From: Camelus dromedarius
Taxonomy: Eukaryota
Assembly: GCF_036321535.1 (NCBI RefSeq)
Contig: NC_087437.1
Coordinates: forward strand, 68,264,001 to 68,328,000
Direction of reading: 5' to 3'
Length of the DNA: 64,000 bases
The translations under genes and the position numbers were made by a program. Below, in pieces: positions 10,846 through 24,279 of the stretch (position 1 is the first letter of the stretch; each line of letters opens with the position of its first letter). Below the pieces are notes generated by a model. The model was not told where the DNA came from. It searched no databases and saw only the letters and a program-made list of their open reading frames with translations.

Positions 10846-13799
10846 TTAAGTTTGGTGGTAAAGGAGGTGGAAGAAATGAGATGGCAGTTCAAGTACACAC
10901 TGAATGAGCTGGACCCTCAGCCTCTTCATAAAAAAATGTGCCTGTGGATCATTTCCAATGATTTCAGGACTCTCTAATCTTTGCTTCCTACTCTAAGTTC
11001 CAGAGCATTTTATCCTGTTTCGTTGTCCTCTTTTGATGTTTATGCCTCAGTGGAATTGTCTGCATGTGGTTCATTGTTCATTTTGTCCCCAGAATCATCA
11101 CCTTGCTTCCATTTTGTGCATCCTAGTTATTAGGTCCAACCACCATGCCTCACTCTACTCCACCCCTCAACACCCATCACCAGTCCAGACTCCCAAAGAC
11201 CTCAGCCCTTGTCCACTGCCCTAGACTCCTGCTTGGGGAAGAATTCTGTCATCTGGGAGTCAAGGAAATAATTTATATTTTATCTTTGAGATAAGTGCTA
11301 GCTGCAGGCAGAAGGAAGTGGTCAGCAGAACCTAAGAGACTCAGGATGCAATAGGGAGATAGTTGTGGATAGGTCACTGAGAAAATAAGGGATAAGGTCA
11401 GGAATGGAGGTGGAAACAAAACATGATTTCCAGAAATTCAGTGCATTTTATCATTCATGAGCTTGAATTACAGTAGGGAAGACCTCTTAGCCAAATCTCT
11501 AGGGTCTCTCTGGCCACCAGAGCGTTTCTTCAGGACCATATATCCACGGTTTTGACCCCTCTCCTCTCTTTCACTGCCCCTCCCCTTTTCTGCTCCTGGA
11601 CTCAAGCTCCCCTGGCTAGACTGTGGGTCAGCTTGTTCTTCTAATTGGAAGCATGAGGTTACCAAAGTCCCAGGTTCAGTGATCCAGAAGCTTTTTTCTG
11701 TTTCTGCTTGCCATACCATTAGTGGCAGCTTCCAGCTGCGCTGAAGGCATTCTAAAGACTCATTGTTCCTCTCCTAGAAATATTTTAAATGTGAGCCTAG
11801 GGGAGGTGATATCTTTCTTTCCTACCTCCAAATCAACAACTTTCCTTTTCACATAAACTAAGCTTCAGAAAACTAAACAAAGAACAACAGTCCTCCTTTG
11901 CTGCTCCCATAATGTAGCCAGAAAAATCTTTTTTTTTTTTTTTTTTTCATTTTCCCCTTCCTTCATTATCTGACTGTTGCTGCCACTATTCTGGACATAT
12001 GTCTACAAAAAACATTTGAGCTTCCTTTTCCTCTCTTCTCAGTTAGCACTTCCAGTAAATTTCATCATTAAAATGCACAAATAAGCTTCATCTGAAATCA
12101 CCACATCTCAAGATTCAAGTTCAAAGGTGCCATGTTTTAGAATTGGAAATTGTTTTCCCTACTGCTATGCATTTCTCAATCATATTTTTGGTGTGAATTA
12201 TAGTTTACAGCAAAATATGAACTGTGGACAAGATTGGCTTTTTTTTGGCAGTGTCCATGATATCTTACATGTGGTAAATTTCCAGTAGCTGGGTGAATAT
12301 TTCACCCACAGCAAATACCTACTCCTAGAAATTCCCTCAAGTCATTAGCTATCCGATTGATAAAACTCATTTTTTGTACTCCCTACTTGAAGTCTGGTAA
12401 CCCTGAGAATGCAACTATTTATTCTTTCACTGCACTGCTGTGCTTAATGGGCACAGGAGCCTCACTAATGCCATTGACAAAGGTACCCTATATGACCAAG
12501 TTCTTCATTAGCTACATGCTATTGGACATTTTGTTGTCTGTTGAGAGGTGATACCATTGCTGTGAAACCTCGTACAGAAGAGAATCAATATAAACGCTCT
12601 GCATTTGCTGAATTTATAGTTCCAGTTGTGTTTGTGATAATAAAGACACTCAGCTCTTGGAAATGCTTTCGGCTCTTGATTCTGTTCTAATAGTTGTGAG
12701 GTGGATGATTACTGGCAGAGACTCATTTTTCATCTTCTCTGAAAATCTAATAGGGGAAGGACAATTTTATGGAGATACGCTGTAGAATAGATGTAGGAAA
12801 TATCAAAGGCAATTAAGGCAAAGGATATGTACAAGGTGTGGCAAGGTGAAGAGTGGGAGATGGGTGGAGATTCTGCAGGTAGAGCCGTGGGACCCTCAGC
12901 TAAGCCCAAATACTTCAGATACAGTGCCTCTGTGGGGATGTGTGGTGATGGTGGGGGGAAGTTCGAGAAGCTATTTCTTTGGTAAAATGGCCCAAGCAGC
13001 ATAAAAACTCGAAGAAAATATGAAAGGTTTGATAAAGGTGTTTCTCCCATTTCATTCATTCAGAGCTCTAGTTTGAAATTTGTGATCAGAACATTAAAAT
13101 AAATAAAAGCTTATAAAATTAACACTGTAAACAAGATTATCAGGGGATGTTTTATACGTTTTTCAAGATAATGTTTTTTTCAGAGTTTTAGCATATTCAT
13201 AATATGGAAATTCAACTCTTGAATATTAATGAGGGTTTATAATATATAATAAACCAAATTAAAGCAGAATCTCTGCTATGGAAATACTGTGGTAGTCATT
13301 AATTTGAATTACTATGAACTCTTACAGACCAAAGCTGCTTTTCATTTTTAAGGATGAATCTAGTTTAGACATTAACTGATTTTGATGGGCTTTCCCTCCT
13401 GAGGTTGAAGTCATGATTTGGAACTTTTTATTTTCATTGTTATCAACAACTTAATTATCAATTAATATTTATCAATTCCACTAATATCCATGTCATTGCT
13501 CATTTATTTAGCAAAGAAAATGTGATATGGCTTATCACACTTAAAGCTCATTTCAGAGTGTTTACAGATTTTAATTAAAGTCTCTTAATTGATGTTGTGT
13601 ACTGAATCATTTTTTTTAATGTGGTTTGATTAGAAGCAGTTGCAATTGTGGCTTCTCCTTACCCTCTTGTGTTTAAATACAGGATTTTAAAATTTTTTAA
13701 AGATTCATTTAGTTGTATTATATTAGTTAATCAGTTAAAAAGCACCCACTTCAAAAATTTTAGGGCTCCTTTTGCCAAATACATAGATATAAATGTAAT

Positions 13800-14146
13800 T
13801 TTCAACAAGTTGGGTTATATTCACAAGTAGAATACTATGCAGCAGTGAGAATAATCTATAACTACATGCAGTAATATGAGTAAATCTTACAACATAATGT
13901 TGAGCAAAAAACTCAGATTCTACTTACTTTAGTATGTAAAAGATAAAATTGATGCTAGTAGAAGTCAGAAGCAGGGCATGAAGACTGCAAGGAAACAGGA
14001 GGGGGGCTTCTGAGTGATGATGGCATTCTGTTTGTAGATTTTGCACTGTCTACAGAAGTGTGTCACGTTTGTGAAAATGCACACAGCTGTACAACTATCA
14101 TTGCACGTTTGTGTATCATATTGCTTTTTAATGAAAATATTTAAAA
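13800..14146 (+). mobile_element. Old L1 (L1ME-like) 3' end
   Basis: GAATACTATGCAGCAGTGAGAATAA...AATCTTACAACATAATGTTGAGCAAAA...TAGAAGTCAGAA...GTTTGTGAAAATGCAC, ending in an A-rich tail. Confidence 0.7.
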
Positions 14147-14157
14147 TATGATTTGAA

Positions 14158-14503
14158 GTCTGTGAGTCTGTTTATGTTTTGTGAGTTCATTTGTGTTTTT
14201 TGTTTTTTTTTTTTTTTTTAGATTCCACAGACATAGAGAACAAACTTATGGTTACCAGGGGATAAAGAGGGTGGGAAGGAATAAATTGGGAGTTAGGAGT
14301 TTGTAGACACTACTGTATATAAAATAGATAAACAACAAAGTCCTACTGTATAGCACAGGGAACTATATTCTGTATCTTGTAACTTATAATGAAAAAGAAT
14401 ATGAAAATGGATATATGTATGTATATGTATGACTGAAACATGTTATACACCAGAAATTGACACAACAGTGTAAACTGACTATACTTCAATGAAAAATAAT
14501 GCA
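14158..14503 (+). mobile_element. Lineage-specific L1 3' end with 5' inversion (14158-14229 inverted)
   Basis: From about 14226 to 14503 this is the sense L1 3' UTR (CAGACATAGAGAACAAACTTATGGTTACC...CTGTATAGCACAGGGAACTATATTC...AACTGACTATACTTCAAT). 14158-14229 is the adjacent L1 segment in antisense. TSDs are 14143-14157 and 14504-14518. Confidence 0.9.
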
Positions 14504-17500
14504 AAAAAATGATTTTAATACAAATATTTCTGACTTTGAACCCCAAGTCAGCTATCTTAGGACTCTGTTCACATGCCACTAGGAATCAGGAAAATAAGGA
14601 ATAGAATGCCATTTTTAAATGTCCTTTTTTTCATGTGTCTGGAGACTTGGTGGAGGAAATAGTTTATACATATAGTAGATGTTGTGAAGCAAAAATAGAA
14701 ATACATTCCCCTGTCTCTTGCCATCAAACCTTGATTATTTTGACCTCTCTCATCTGAAATGAGGTTATGTCCTCTCAAATGTTCACCTTTCCTATTAAAA
14801 TATATTCACCACAAAAAATGTAATTATCAGATTTAATTAATACCACCTCATTATTTTTGAGGAATTGAAACAGTCCATTGATTTGAAAAGAAAAAGACCT
14901 TAAATAAATACAATTAACATAGTTACATATACATAGGCTTATGATTTACAATCACATCTCATATGTCTATAACCTGTTATATATCAAACTTGGCTTTGAC
15001 CTAATTCCAATCTTGGTTTGGTATTTGTTTTCAATCCCAGGCTTCATAAATTATTCTTTTACATGACCACATTTATTGAGTGCTCTTTACTTAGGGGAAA
15101 AGGCTGGGTTGGGCAGTTCAAAGACCAAAGTCTTTATTTAGAACTAGAGCAAGGACAATGGAGCAAACTGTAAGCCCATTACAAACTTTCCCCGCATATC
15201 TGTGCACTTGTGTGTCATCTGTCTAAGAACTTTCATTGAAGAAAGGCCTAGCTTAGTTTGTCAGGAATAAATGCACACAGACAGCGGAATTTCCAGTTGC
15301 TCCCAGTTGCTAACCTCCATGATTATTTTTAATCCCAACTTTGACACAGAACATCAAACAGGTGATTTTCTGTCTACAGATTCTCCATTCTTAGCTGTGC
15401 TAATTTAAAGGAGGGACAGGGTGCTACACTGACCAGATGGCTCAGTGAAGCTGCTTCCCAACCAGATCTGCTCCACACTGCAGCCACAGGGTCTTTAATC
15501 ATAGTGCTACATGTTTCCCCCAGTGCTCAAAGGGGATCAGGTAAGAAGTCAGATAATAGCCTGTAATGACTCCATTCATCTGTAATCACTACATGCAAAC
15601 ACATGTCTGTCACTACACAACTGTGTTCACTACAAGATTTCAGATGCCTTCCTTTCTGTGGCCGTGCATTCATGTTGTTGGTTGGTTGGTTTTGCTTGTT
15701 TGTTTCTCATGGAGTCATAATCTCAACAAATTAACATCCAACAAAGAAAATGATTATGTTTTAGTTAAATGGCAGTCATTTGGAAGCAGTGGAACCTATA
15801 TCAGAATCCCATTTCCAGATATAGACCTAAAATCTGGTAAATGCATGAAGATGTCTTACTGAAGAAAAAAGTTTCTACAACTTTTAAATATATTAATATT
15901 GAGATTATTTTGCTCTCATATTTCTTAATACATTTTAGCCATTATCCTAATAGAAGCAAATAAATGTACATAAGACACATGGCCTAACAGCTCAATGTCA
16001 TCAGTTACAAAAGTGAAGGTCAGTCTTTTGTCTTAAACTGCCAGTCATCAATTAGCTTGCATTTACAAAGGTCTATAATTAGGCCCTGAGCAAGGTTCTG
16101 ACAGAAAATAAGTGTTTTCTTTTATGCCAGTGCATCTTCCTCTCGTTTAGGTCAACTGTGTTACGTGAGAGAAAAGCAAACATGAAAAGGCCATGGGAGG
16201 AAAAACAACTGTTTATGAACTTATTTTATTTCTTGTTCGTTGATTGTCTAGGCCAGTTTTGGAGAGGGTTTTGAAGTAGATCCAACCTCCTTTAGCCCTG
16301 ATTCTTCTATCGTGACATGGTCTTCGTTCTTGGCTCTAAGTTGCCCCTGTGGAACTCCTACTTAGGACTTAAGCATTACCCCCTGCTTTCAATATCCCTT
16401 GATTTACAAAACCACCACGTGGTATGGGAAGTTAGTAAGAAACACAGTAGCTACTAAGGTGCTACCTCATTACATCTCCCTGATGGGGATTTTAATGTGG
16501 TTTTATTAAATGAGTGGTTTAAAGAAGTAACTTTAAATAACGTTTTAGATGCTTTCATACCTACTAAGAGAATATGTTTAATTCAGGAAATTTTTCAGGC
16601 CAACTGAGATCCCAGCATGCACTTAGCTGGGCTCTGCCTATTCTACAACCCAACCAGCTTATTAAAATTTAATCCTGATTCTATTCATCATCATTAACTC
16701 CAGCAATTGGCCAACATATTTAAATGAGGCAAATGTGGAAGATTTAGGAAGCAACTAGCAGTTCAGTTCTTCAAGACACCAAGAATAATATCCACAGTTT
16801 AAGAAAATTTGTATCAACCCAATTTACAAGGAATAAAAATGTCATGAATCACATCATTTTCTATAAAGCATTTTGTGTCATCGTCAACCCAAAGACTTAC
16901 AGTTGCTTAGTGGAGAAAATTAATTAAGATTTATCATCAATAAATGAAAGCATTTTCTCAATCATTTGAATAACTCCTTCACACAAATTGAGATTTCAGT
17001 GAGACCTCATCTTTAATAATAGCAGATAGACCTTTAATGTATTCCCCTTTGGAATGTTTTTGGCACAGATCCTGGGTGAACTGATCACTGGACTAATGTC
17101 TCTGTGCTTGTGTGTCGGAAACATCATGTATTTCACATGTTTATTTCCTTGCTTTTTCCATTTCAACTCTCTCTCTTATGCTCTGGTTAATGGGTACTTA
17201 AAGCGGTACCCATCTTGCTTTATTACTTTAATTTCTTTTAAAGTGAGTTCTTTTCCTCCTCTATTTCCAGTTCAAAGGCAGCGTGGAGTCTTAATAAACT
17301 TCAAATGTATTTGGATAGCTGATAAATTTAATGATCTCATCAAATTAAAAAAAATAGCAAGTAAAAAGTAAGTGATCTTGAGAATAATTAACAGAGCAAG
17401 TATGGGAGAGGAAAACATTACACAGAATAAATGGGGGTGCCCTGGTTTCTGTCAAAATTTCCATTGAGAAACTGTAATTGTTATTTTGCTTTTGTTAATC

Positions 17501-18109
17501 ATAGTGTAAAGTTGTACCCTACTTACCTAGTACATTTTATATTAGCAATTGAAAATAATTTACAAATGCAACATTACTCTGTCGGTTCTCTTAATATCTC
17601 AGTAAACCAGAGTCGGCAACTAGAGTAGGCAGAGAGGCTAAAGCCAAAGATTGGTGCACAGCTGTTCAGTGAGAGCTGGGGAATAATTGATCTGGAAGGG
17701 ATTGTGTGTCTTTAAATGAGAGCAACAGTGAACCTAAAGAGACTACTTTTTCTTTCCACAAGTGTCTGTGGTTTTATTCCAAAATGTGTTAATATGATAA
17801 ATTAGAGAGGATATGTATTTCCTTCATCTAATGCATTTTTATTCTTAAAATATTCTTACCATAAGGCTTCAGCGTTGTCCTAGGAGAGGGGTTGGGAGTT
17901 TCTGCCCTGAGGACAATAGTATTTCATCTGTCTTTATTTAGTATTGCCAAGCACACTGTTATAATAAAGAGTAGACCGACTTTAAGTTGATTTAATTGTT
18001 TTACCTTTGTAAAGGTTACTTGACTTTCTTATTGCCTGTATCTAGAGGAGACTGCCTCCACCCCCCATGTTGTCCTTGGCTCTTCAGTGACAAGGCTGAA
18101 GTTTCTTGA

Positions 18110-18270
18110 GGTACCATATAAGCATGTAAGAAAAGTGATACTTTCTCTGTTCTACAGATGACAACACTGAGGTAGAAAATGGTCATTTTTCTACAACATC
18201 TCTTGACTTGTAAGTGGTGAAAGCCAGCATTTTGATTCCAGACTCCACACTTAAGTGCTACAATCTACTA
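18110..18270 (-). mobile_element. MIR
   Basis: TTCTACAGATGACAACACTGAGG...TGTAAGTGGTGAAAGCCAGCATTT...TCCAGACTCCACACTTAA. Confidence 0.55.
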
Positions 18271-18340
18271 CCCACACAACCATGTAGTGAGCTCCCACTG
18301 AGTTGTAGCTATTTGACCATGTTCAGCTAGTGTTAGTCTT

Positions 18341-18802
18341 TTTTTTTTTTTTATTGAAGTGTAGTTGATTTACAATCATAGGTTAAGGTATACAGCAAAG
18401 TAATTCAGTTATACATATACATACATATATATTTTTTCTTTTCAGATTATTTTCTATTATTATGTTATTATAAGATATTGAATATCATTCCCTGTGCTAT
18501 ACAGTAGGTGCTGGTTGTTTATCTATTGTATGTATACTAGTTAGTATCTGTTAATCCTAACTCCTAATTTCTCTCTCCACCCCCTTCCCCTTTGGTAACC
18601 ATAGTTTGTTTTCTATGTCTGTGAATCTGTTTTTGGTTTGTTAATAGAATTTGTATCATTGTTTTAGATTCCACATGTAAGTGATATCATATGATATTGA
18701 TCTTTCTCTTAGACTTACTTCACTTAATACGATAATCTCTAGGTCCATCCATGTTGCTGCAAATGACATTATTTCATTCTTTTTCATGGCTGAGTAGTAT
18801 TC

Positions 18803-18848
<46 letters not shown>

Positions 18849-19016
18849 CATCTTCTTTATCCAGTCATCTGTCGATGGACATTTAGGTTGTTACCATGTC
18901 TTGGCTATTGTAAATAGTGCTTCTGTGAACATTGGGATGCATATGTCTTTTTGAATTAGAGTTTCTCTGGATATATGCCTAGGAATGGGATTGCTGGATC
19001 ATATGGTGAGTCTATT
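18341..19016 (-). mobile_element. 5'-truncated L1 3' end with internal (TG)n and TSD
   Basis: Poly-T then TTATTGAAGTGTAGTTGATTTACAA...CCCTGTGCTATACAGTAGG...GGTAACCATAG...AGATTCCACATGTAAGTGA...GGGATTGCTGGATCATATGG. TSD TAGTGTTAGT(C/G)TT at 18328-18340 and 19017-19029. (TG)n at ~18806-18846. Confidence 0.92.
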
Positions 19017-22000
19017 TAGTGTTAGTGTTATTTTCTATTTTCCTGAATTATTTTAGAATTAGATTCAAATGTCAAAGTGGAGACAAATTACAAATCTAAA
19101 TATATTAATGTAAATTTGTGTAGATGGTTTAGCTTATTTTCTGATCATTCTGTCACTTTTTTTTAACATTATTTAATGGCGTACCTAATACCTTTCCCTG
19201 GAATTGTGTATTCTATCACCAGTTTATTAAAATAATAAGTTGGGTTGGGTATATACTACATCAGGGTCATATAATCAAGATCTTATGTCAGGTGAAGTCA
19301 GATTGCCTTAAAGTTTGAAATTACCGCAACAGGTACTCAGTGATACAGACAAGTAGGCATTTTATTGGGTAGAGGTTTGCTGTTAACTTGTGAAAGTTGT
19401 CAACTTGTCTTCTGAATCAGGCTTTAGGGCACACAGAGGGGGAGGAAAATGTTTTGTCTGAGCGTCTGGTATGCAGTAATTACACAGGTGTATTCTACTA
19501 TCATGAGTCTTTTCATTACTTATACAGCTATTATTGCAACTATAGGGACTATTGCTGAGGTTTCGTGACAGGCTCAGTGTAGTGAGGCATAAATCTGGTA
19601 CTGGGGCAATTGTCTTGGATTCATGTGTGATATAAAGATGACAGGAGTTTCAGAATTGCCATTTTCTGCCATAAACTTGGTTTCCTTCAAATTGCACCCA
19701 TGCAACCACGTACCACTTTGCATAATTACACCTCCTATTTTCATATTCTCAATATCCTCATTATCAACAACATAAATATCCTTTCTATATGCTTTAAACT
19801 TCTGTTGTCCCTAATGGTTCTTTATATTAGCTCTCTCAAGATGTCTTGAAAATCTGAAATTAGAAAATATATATGCTTTAAAGAAAAGATTTAAATTCCT
19901 AATTTAATTGATTCTGGGAATACTTAGGTGGTAACACAGTTAGGGATCACCATTCAAAGAGATACTAATTCATGCATTTCGCATTTATAGACATCTCCTG
20001 CCACCCAGGTAATATATTAGTTATTAAAGGTATCGAACCAAAGAGAGACTCTGAAGAGCTCATAGCGAGTAAAGTGAAGAGAGACCAGTAAACAGAAAGT
20101 AAATGTGATATGATAATTGCTGTTATAGAGGCAAGCAGCAGAAAGTTTCTTGGATACTAGGACATGAATTTCAAAGAGGTGTCTTGGATTATTTTTTGAT
20201 ATTATGACCATATGAGAAAAAAAAGCCAGCTCACCTCTGTCCATTTGGCATATTCTCATGGTTTTCTTGCTACAGAGGGCAGAGTACAGGGTGTTCAGAG
20301 ACTACCTATCACCAAGTCCAAGGCCTGAGTGAGCAGGAGAACGTCTGTATTCCTTTCAGAACTCCTGATGCACTTTAGAGCACAGGCTTTCAGTGGTTTA
20401 AAAGCTGAATCCTGGGAGAGAGGAGTGTAACCATATGGTAGAGTTGCAGCAGGAATATTAGCAGAGGAGAGAGCAGGCAGTGTGATCATCCTGTGGTCTG
20501 GCAGGGCCACAGGATATGGAAGAGCAAATACTGTGCAGCATCACTGGTGTCCACACCCATGTGTTTTTCCTTCTCTGCAGGAAGGGTAGATAGACCATTG
20601 GCTTCAGCAATCTATGAGTTGAGTAAGAGCCTTTCTCTTCCATATATATAACACTAGTATTCATATAGCTTTTGCTGGATGATATTTGCTTCTTGCCTGA
20701 ACGTAATGCTTAAAATCATCTTTACTTGTGGGGTAGACACTATGCACCACTTGGAGCCATAGGCCTGGGACCATTAAGATGGCTGCCATCACTGCTGTCC
20801 TAAGCACTTTCTATTGCTGACGGTGTTGTTTTTCCTTTCAAATTTTATCCCATCAGCAGGACCTGTCCTGAGATTGTTTATGGCAAAGACTACGTGTATA
20901 ACATCATTTCCACTCCAGTTTTGGCCCCCTTAGCACCAAAATAAGCCATCTAAATCACATTATTATAACAATTAGAATTCAATTCAATTATAACAATTAG
21001 AATTCAACAATTAGAATTTAAAATATATAATATGATTTTGTTATACCCCGAATGTCCTTAAGTTTGTTTTTTATTGTATATTGTCTGCTTTTTTAAAAAG
21101 CATTAGTACCTAATTCATGTCTTTTCCAGACTTTATGAGCACTTTTTCCTTGTATTTTTTTTTTACTACCACTGTAATAAAATAGATAAGAAAAATGAAA
21201 TTTCAACCTGGTCCTTGACACCAAACATAATCAGTTTCTAAAATGATCCAGATGTTCTAATGATGTTCCACTGTCCATTTCCACTTGGATTATAAGCATA
21301 GATCAGATTTTATGCCTCAAACCTGTTTTGTTACCTTACTTTAACTTAACTTTCTTGACATTTTATTATATGAAGTATTACTTTCTTGTCAGCACAGTTC
21401 CATTTCACAGTATTGGAATTCTAAACAACTAGCAGAAAAGAGACATATGACCATGAAAGTAGCCATAAATAGGTTTGTGTTCATGATAGAGTATTACAAA
21501 AAGCAATCGTGCCGATGTATGGCCAATATTGCTATAGTCATATTATAGTCAGGCCCCCTAATCTTCAATTAGAAATGACTTTTGTTCTTTCCCTAGTCCC
21601 AAGGTTTGCTGATATCAGTCTCATAAAATATCTTCTTTCTGAATATTGAACATCAGTTGTCATAAAATTTTAATTGAAGGCTAAGTCACCATAATTTTGT
21701 AGCAGGTGACAGGTATACAGCGTAAGATATTTGCATGCTGTGTCTCTGATAATAGTACTGCTTTGGCCATGTAACTGTTATAGACATGGAGTCCTGTGTA
21801 GGTTATCATTAGAGGATGCCCTGTGAACAAACCCGGGATAACAGAGTAAGAAACCACACAGTGACTCCAGCAACGCAGGTCGCTTCAGAGCATGATATGA
21901 ACGTGTAACAAAGTGAGATGAATTTCCTTTTTTCATTTTTCAGTCACTACTGCATATTGATCTCTTCCCCCCACAGCTCTTACCTATATCCTCTAATTTC

Positions 22001-23537
22001 CCCACAGCTCCTAACAACCTCCGATGTTTAATGGGGACGAAAAGTGCATTTGTATTTATATGTGTGGATGAATGTGCCTACATACGTTATATAGAAATAT
22101 GAATAGCTTTAATATGCATAGTTGCTCACACAGAAACATTTGCGTATTTCTTGCCTCTGCTAAACACTCCAACTTACCTTGAAACCCAGCTGATGTGTTT
22201 CAGCGTTACTTATCTTGTGCCAGAATCTCAGCAGGTTTTTGAGAAATATTTGTTTAAAATGTTTTCCTCCTAGAGGGGCTGATGGACTCTTCTTTTGGCC
22301 ATTCTACATGATGCCGTTCTTTCAAATTATCCCAGTGGCACCCATTGGGTCCATGTAGGCACATAGATGAATGCTGGAAAATAATTGTAATTTTACCATC
22401 TTCTCACACAGTACACCCTCAGGCCAAGTGGTAAAATACCACCTCCGCCAGCCCCGACATCCATCACTATAATGAGCTACAAAATCAATCTGTAATTGAC
22501 AAAAGCATTTTTAATCAAAGTATGAGGCATTTAGAGTCTCCAGATACTACCTTTCTGTCTTACGTCAGTATTTACTTTATAGCAGGATGAAAGACGTTTG
22601 ATTCTGTTCAAGAGCGTGACTTATCTCCAAAAAGGAACAAAGATAGGCTTTTCAGAAACTCCTCTCACATCCACCCCTGCCAAAAATAGGATGGCATAAT
22701 CCCTGATTTCTGTCCTAAAACATCATGTCAGGAAGATCATGCTCTACCAGTTTAGGAGGAAGAAGGGATTTGTTTTTGTGAATGATTGCTGATGCTTTCT
22801 ACCAGATTGCCTCTCTACGTGACATTACCATTCTTTGGATCAAACAACCAACATATATGCAGAGACTGTAATCCAAAAGGCTACATTTTTGTACCCTCCT
22901 CCCAGTTGCTTAGATCTGTTCTTTAAAATTTACAGGCATCACAAAGCATTTCTCTTATTAGTACTGTTCTTTCTTGGTCAACTTAAACCCTCCAAAGTGT
23001 GATGGTATGTAGGCACTTCAGATGAGCACACATTAAAAGTTTTAATGTTTCCAACAAGAGGGAATTACAGCCAAAGGCAAAATATTCATAGGTATATGTA
23101 ATGACTTTGTAGGCCTGAGTTCTTATGTTTTTTATGAGATATGCTCCAGATTTTAGTATCAGCTCTTTGATTTGGAGACAATATTTGTATCATCTTTTAG
23201 AAAGCAAGGTTCTTGCGTTCTAAGCCATGCCCAGCATCTCTTGCATACTTTGGCCTTGCTGTTTGTATTTTTGAGGGACACCCTATACCTCTCTGGCACA
23301 AGAAACAGAATATTTTCAAGAGGAATTATTCAGAGATTGCAAAAATAACTGAACACATTCTACATCGTTTGATGTTCTCATTTTTGAGTTTTATGATTAG
23401 GTTTCTTTGTTCATGCATGTGTATCTGTGTGTGTGTTTGGTAAGTCTCAACTGGGTTTGCATATATCAACTTAAAACCTTGCAACTCTTATCTAGATGGC
23501 TTTAACATTTCCAGAACTTTAAGCCATTAACTATTTT

Positions 23538-24182
23538 TAAAATTTATTTTTTAGTTGAAGTATAGTAAGTTTGCAATGTTATGTCAATTTCTGCTGTACA
23601 GCATAATGTTTCATACATATACATACATATATTAATTTTCATATTCTTTTTCATTATAGGTTACTATAAGATATTGAATATAGTTCCCTGCGCTATACAG
23701 TAGAAACTTGTTGTTTATTTATTTTATACATACTATTTAGTATCTGCAAATCTTGAACTCCCAGTTTATCCCTTCCCACCACCTTTACTCCCTGGTAACC
23801 ATAAGTTTGTTTTCTATGTCTGTGAGTCTGTTTCTGCTTTGTAAATAAGTTTGTTTGTGTCTTTTTTTTTTTTTTTTTAGATTCCACATATGAGTGATAT
23901 CAAATGGTATTTTTCTCTTTCTGGCTTACTTCACTTAGAGTGATGATCTCCACGTTCATCCATGTTGCTGCAAATGGCATTATTTTATTCTTTTTTATGG
24001 CTGAGTAGTATTTCATTGTGTGTTTATTGAGATATATCTATATCTATATATGTAGATAGATACCACATTTTCTTTATCCATGTAGCTAGATATAGATACA
24101 GATATAGATTTAGATATCACATTTTCTTTATCCAGTCATCTGTCCATAAACATTTAGATTGCTTCCATGTCTTGGCTATTGT
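23538..24182 (-). mobile_element. 5'-truncated L1 3' end with TSD
   Basis: Same L1 3' UTR family as the 18341 and 46842 copies. TSD AAGC(C/T)ATTAACTATTTT at 23521-23537 and 24183-24199. Confidence 0.92.
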
Positions 24183-24279
24183 AAGCTATTAACTATTTTG
24201 AATAATTTTTCTACTGCTCACTTGTTTAGACTGTGACTTCTGTTTAAATTAATGAATATTGCTAATAATGTAATAGTTA

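Noticed and set aside
12290..12308. Short hairpin TGGGTGAA-TAT-TTCACCCA
   Set aside because: An 8-bp stem is expected by chance in 64 kb.
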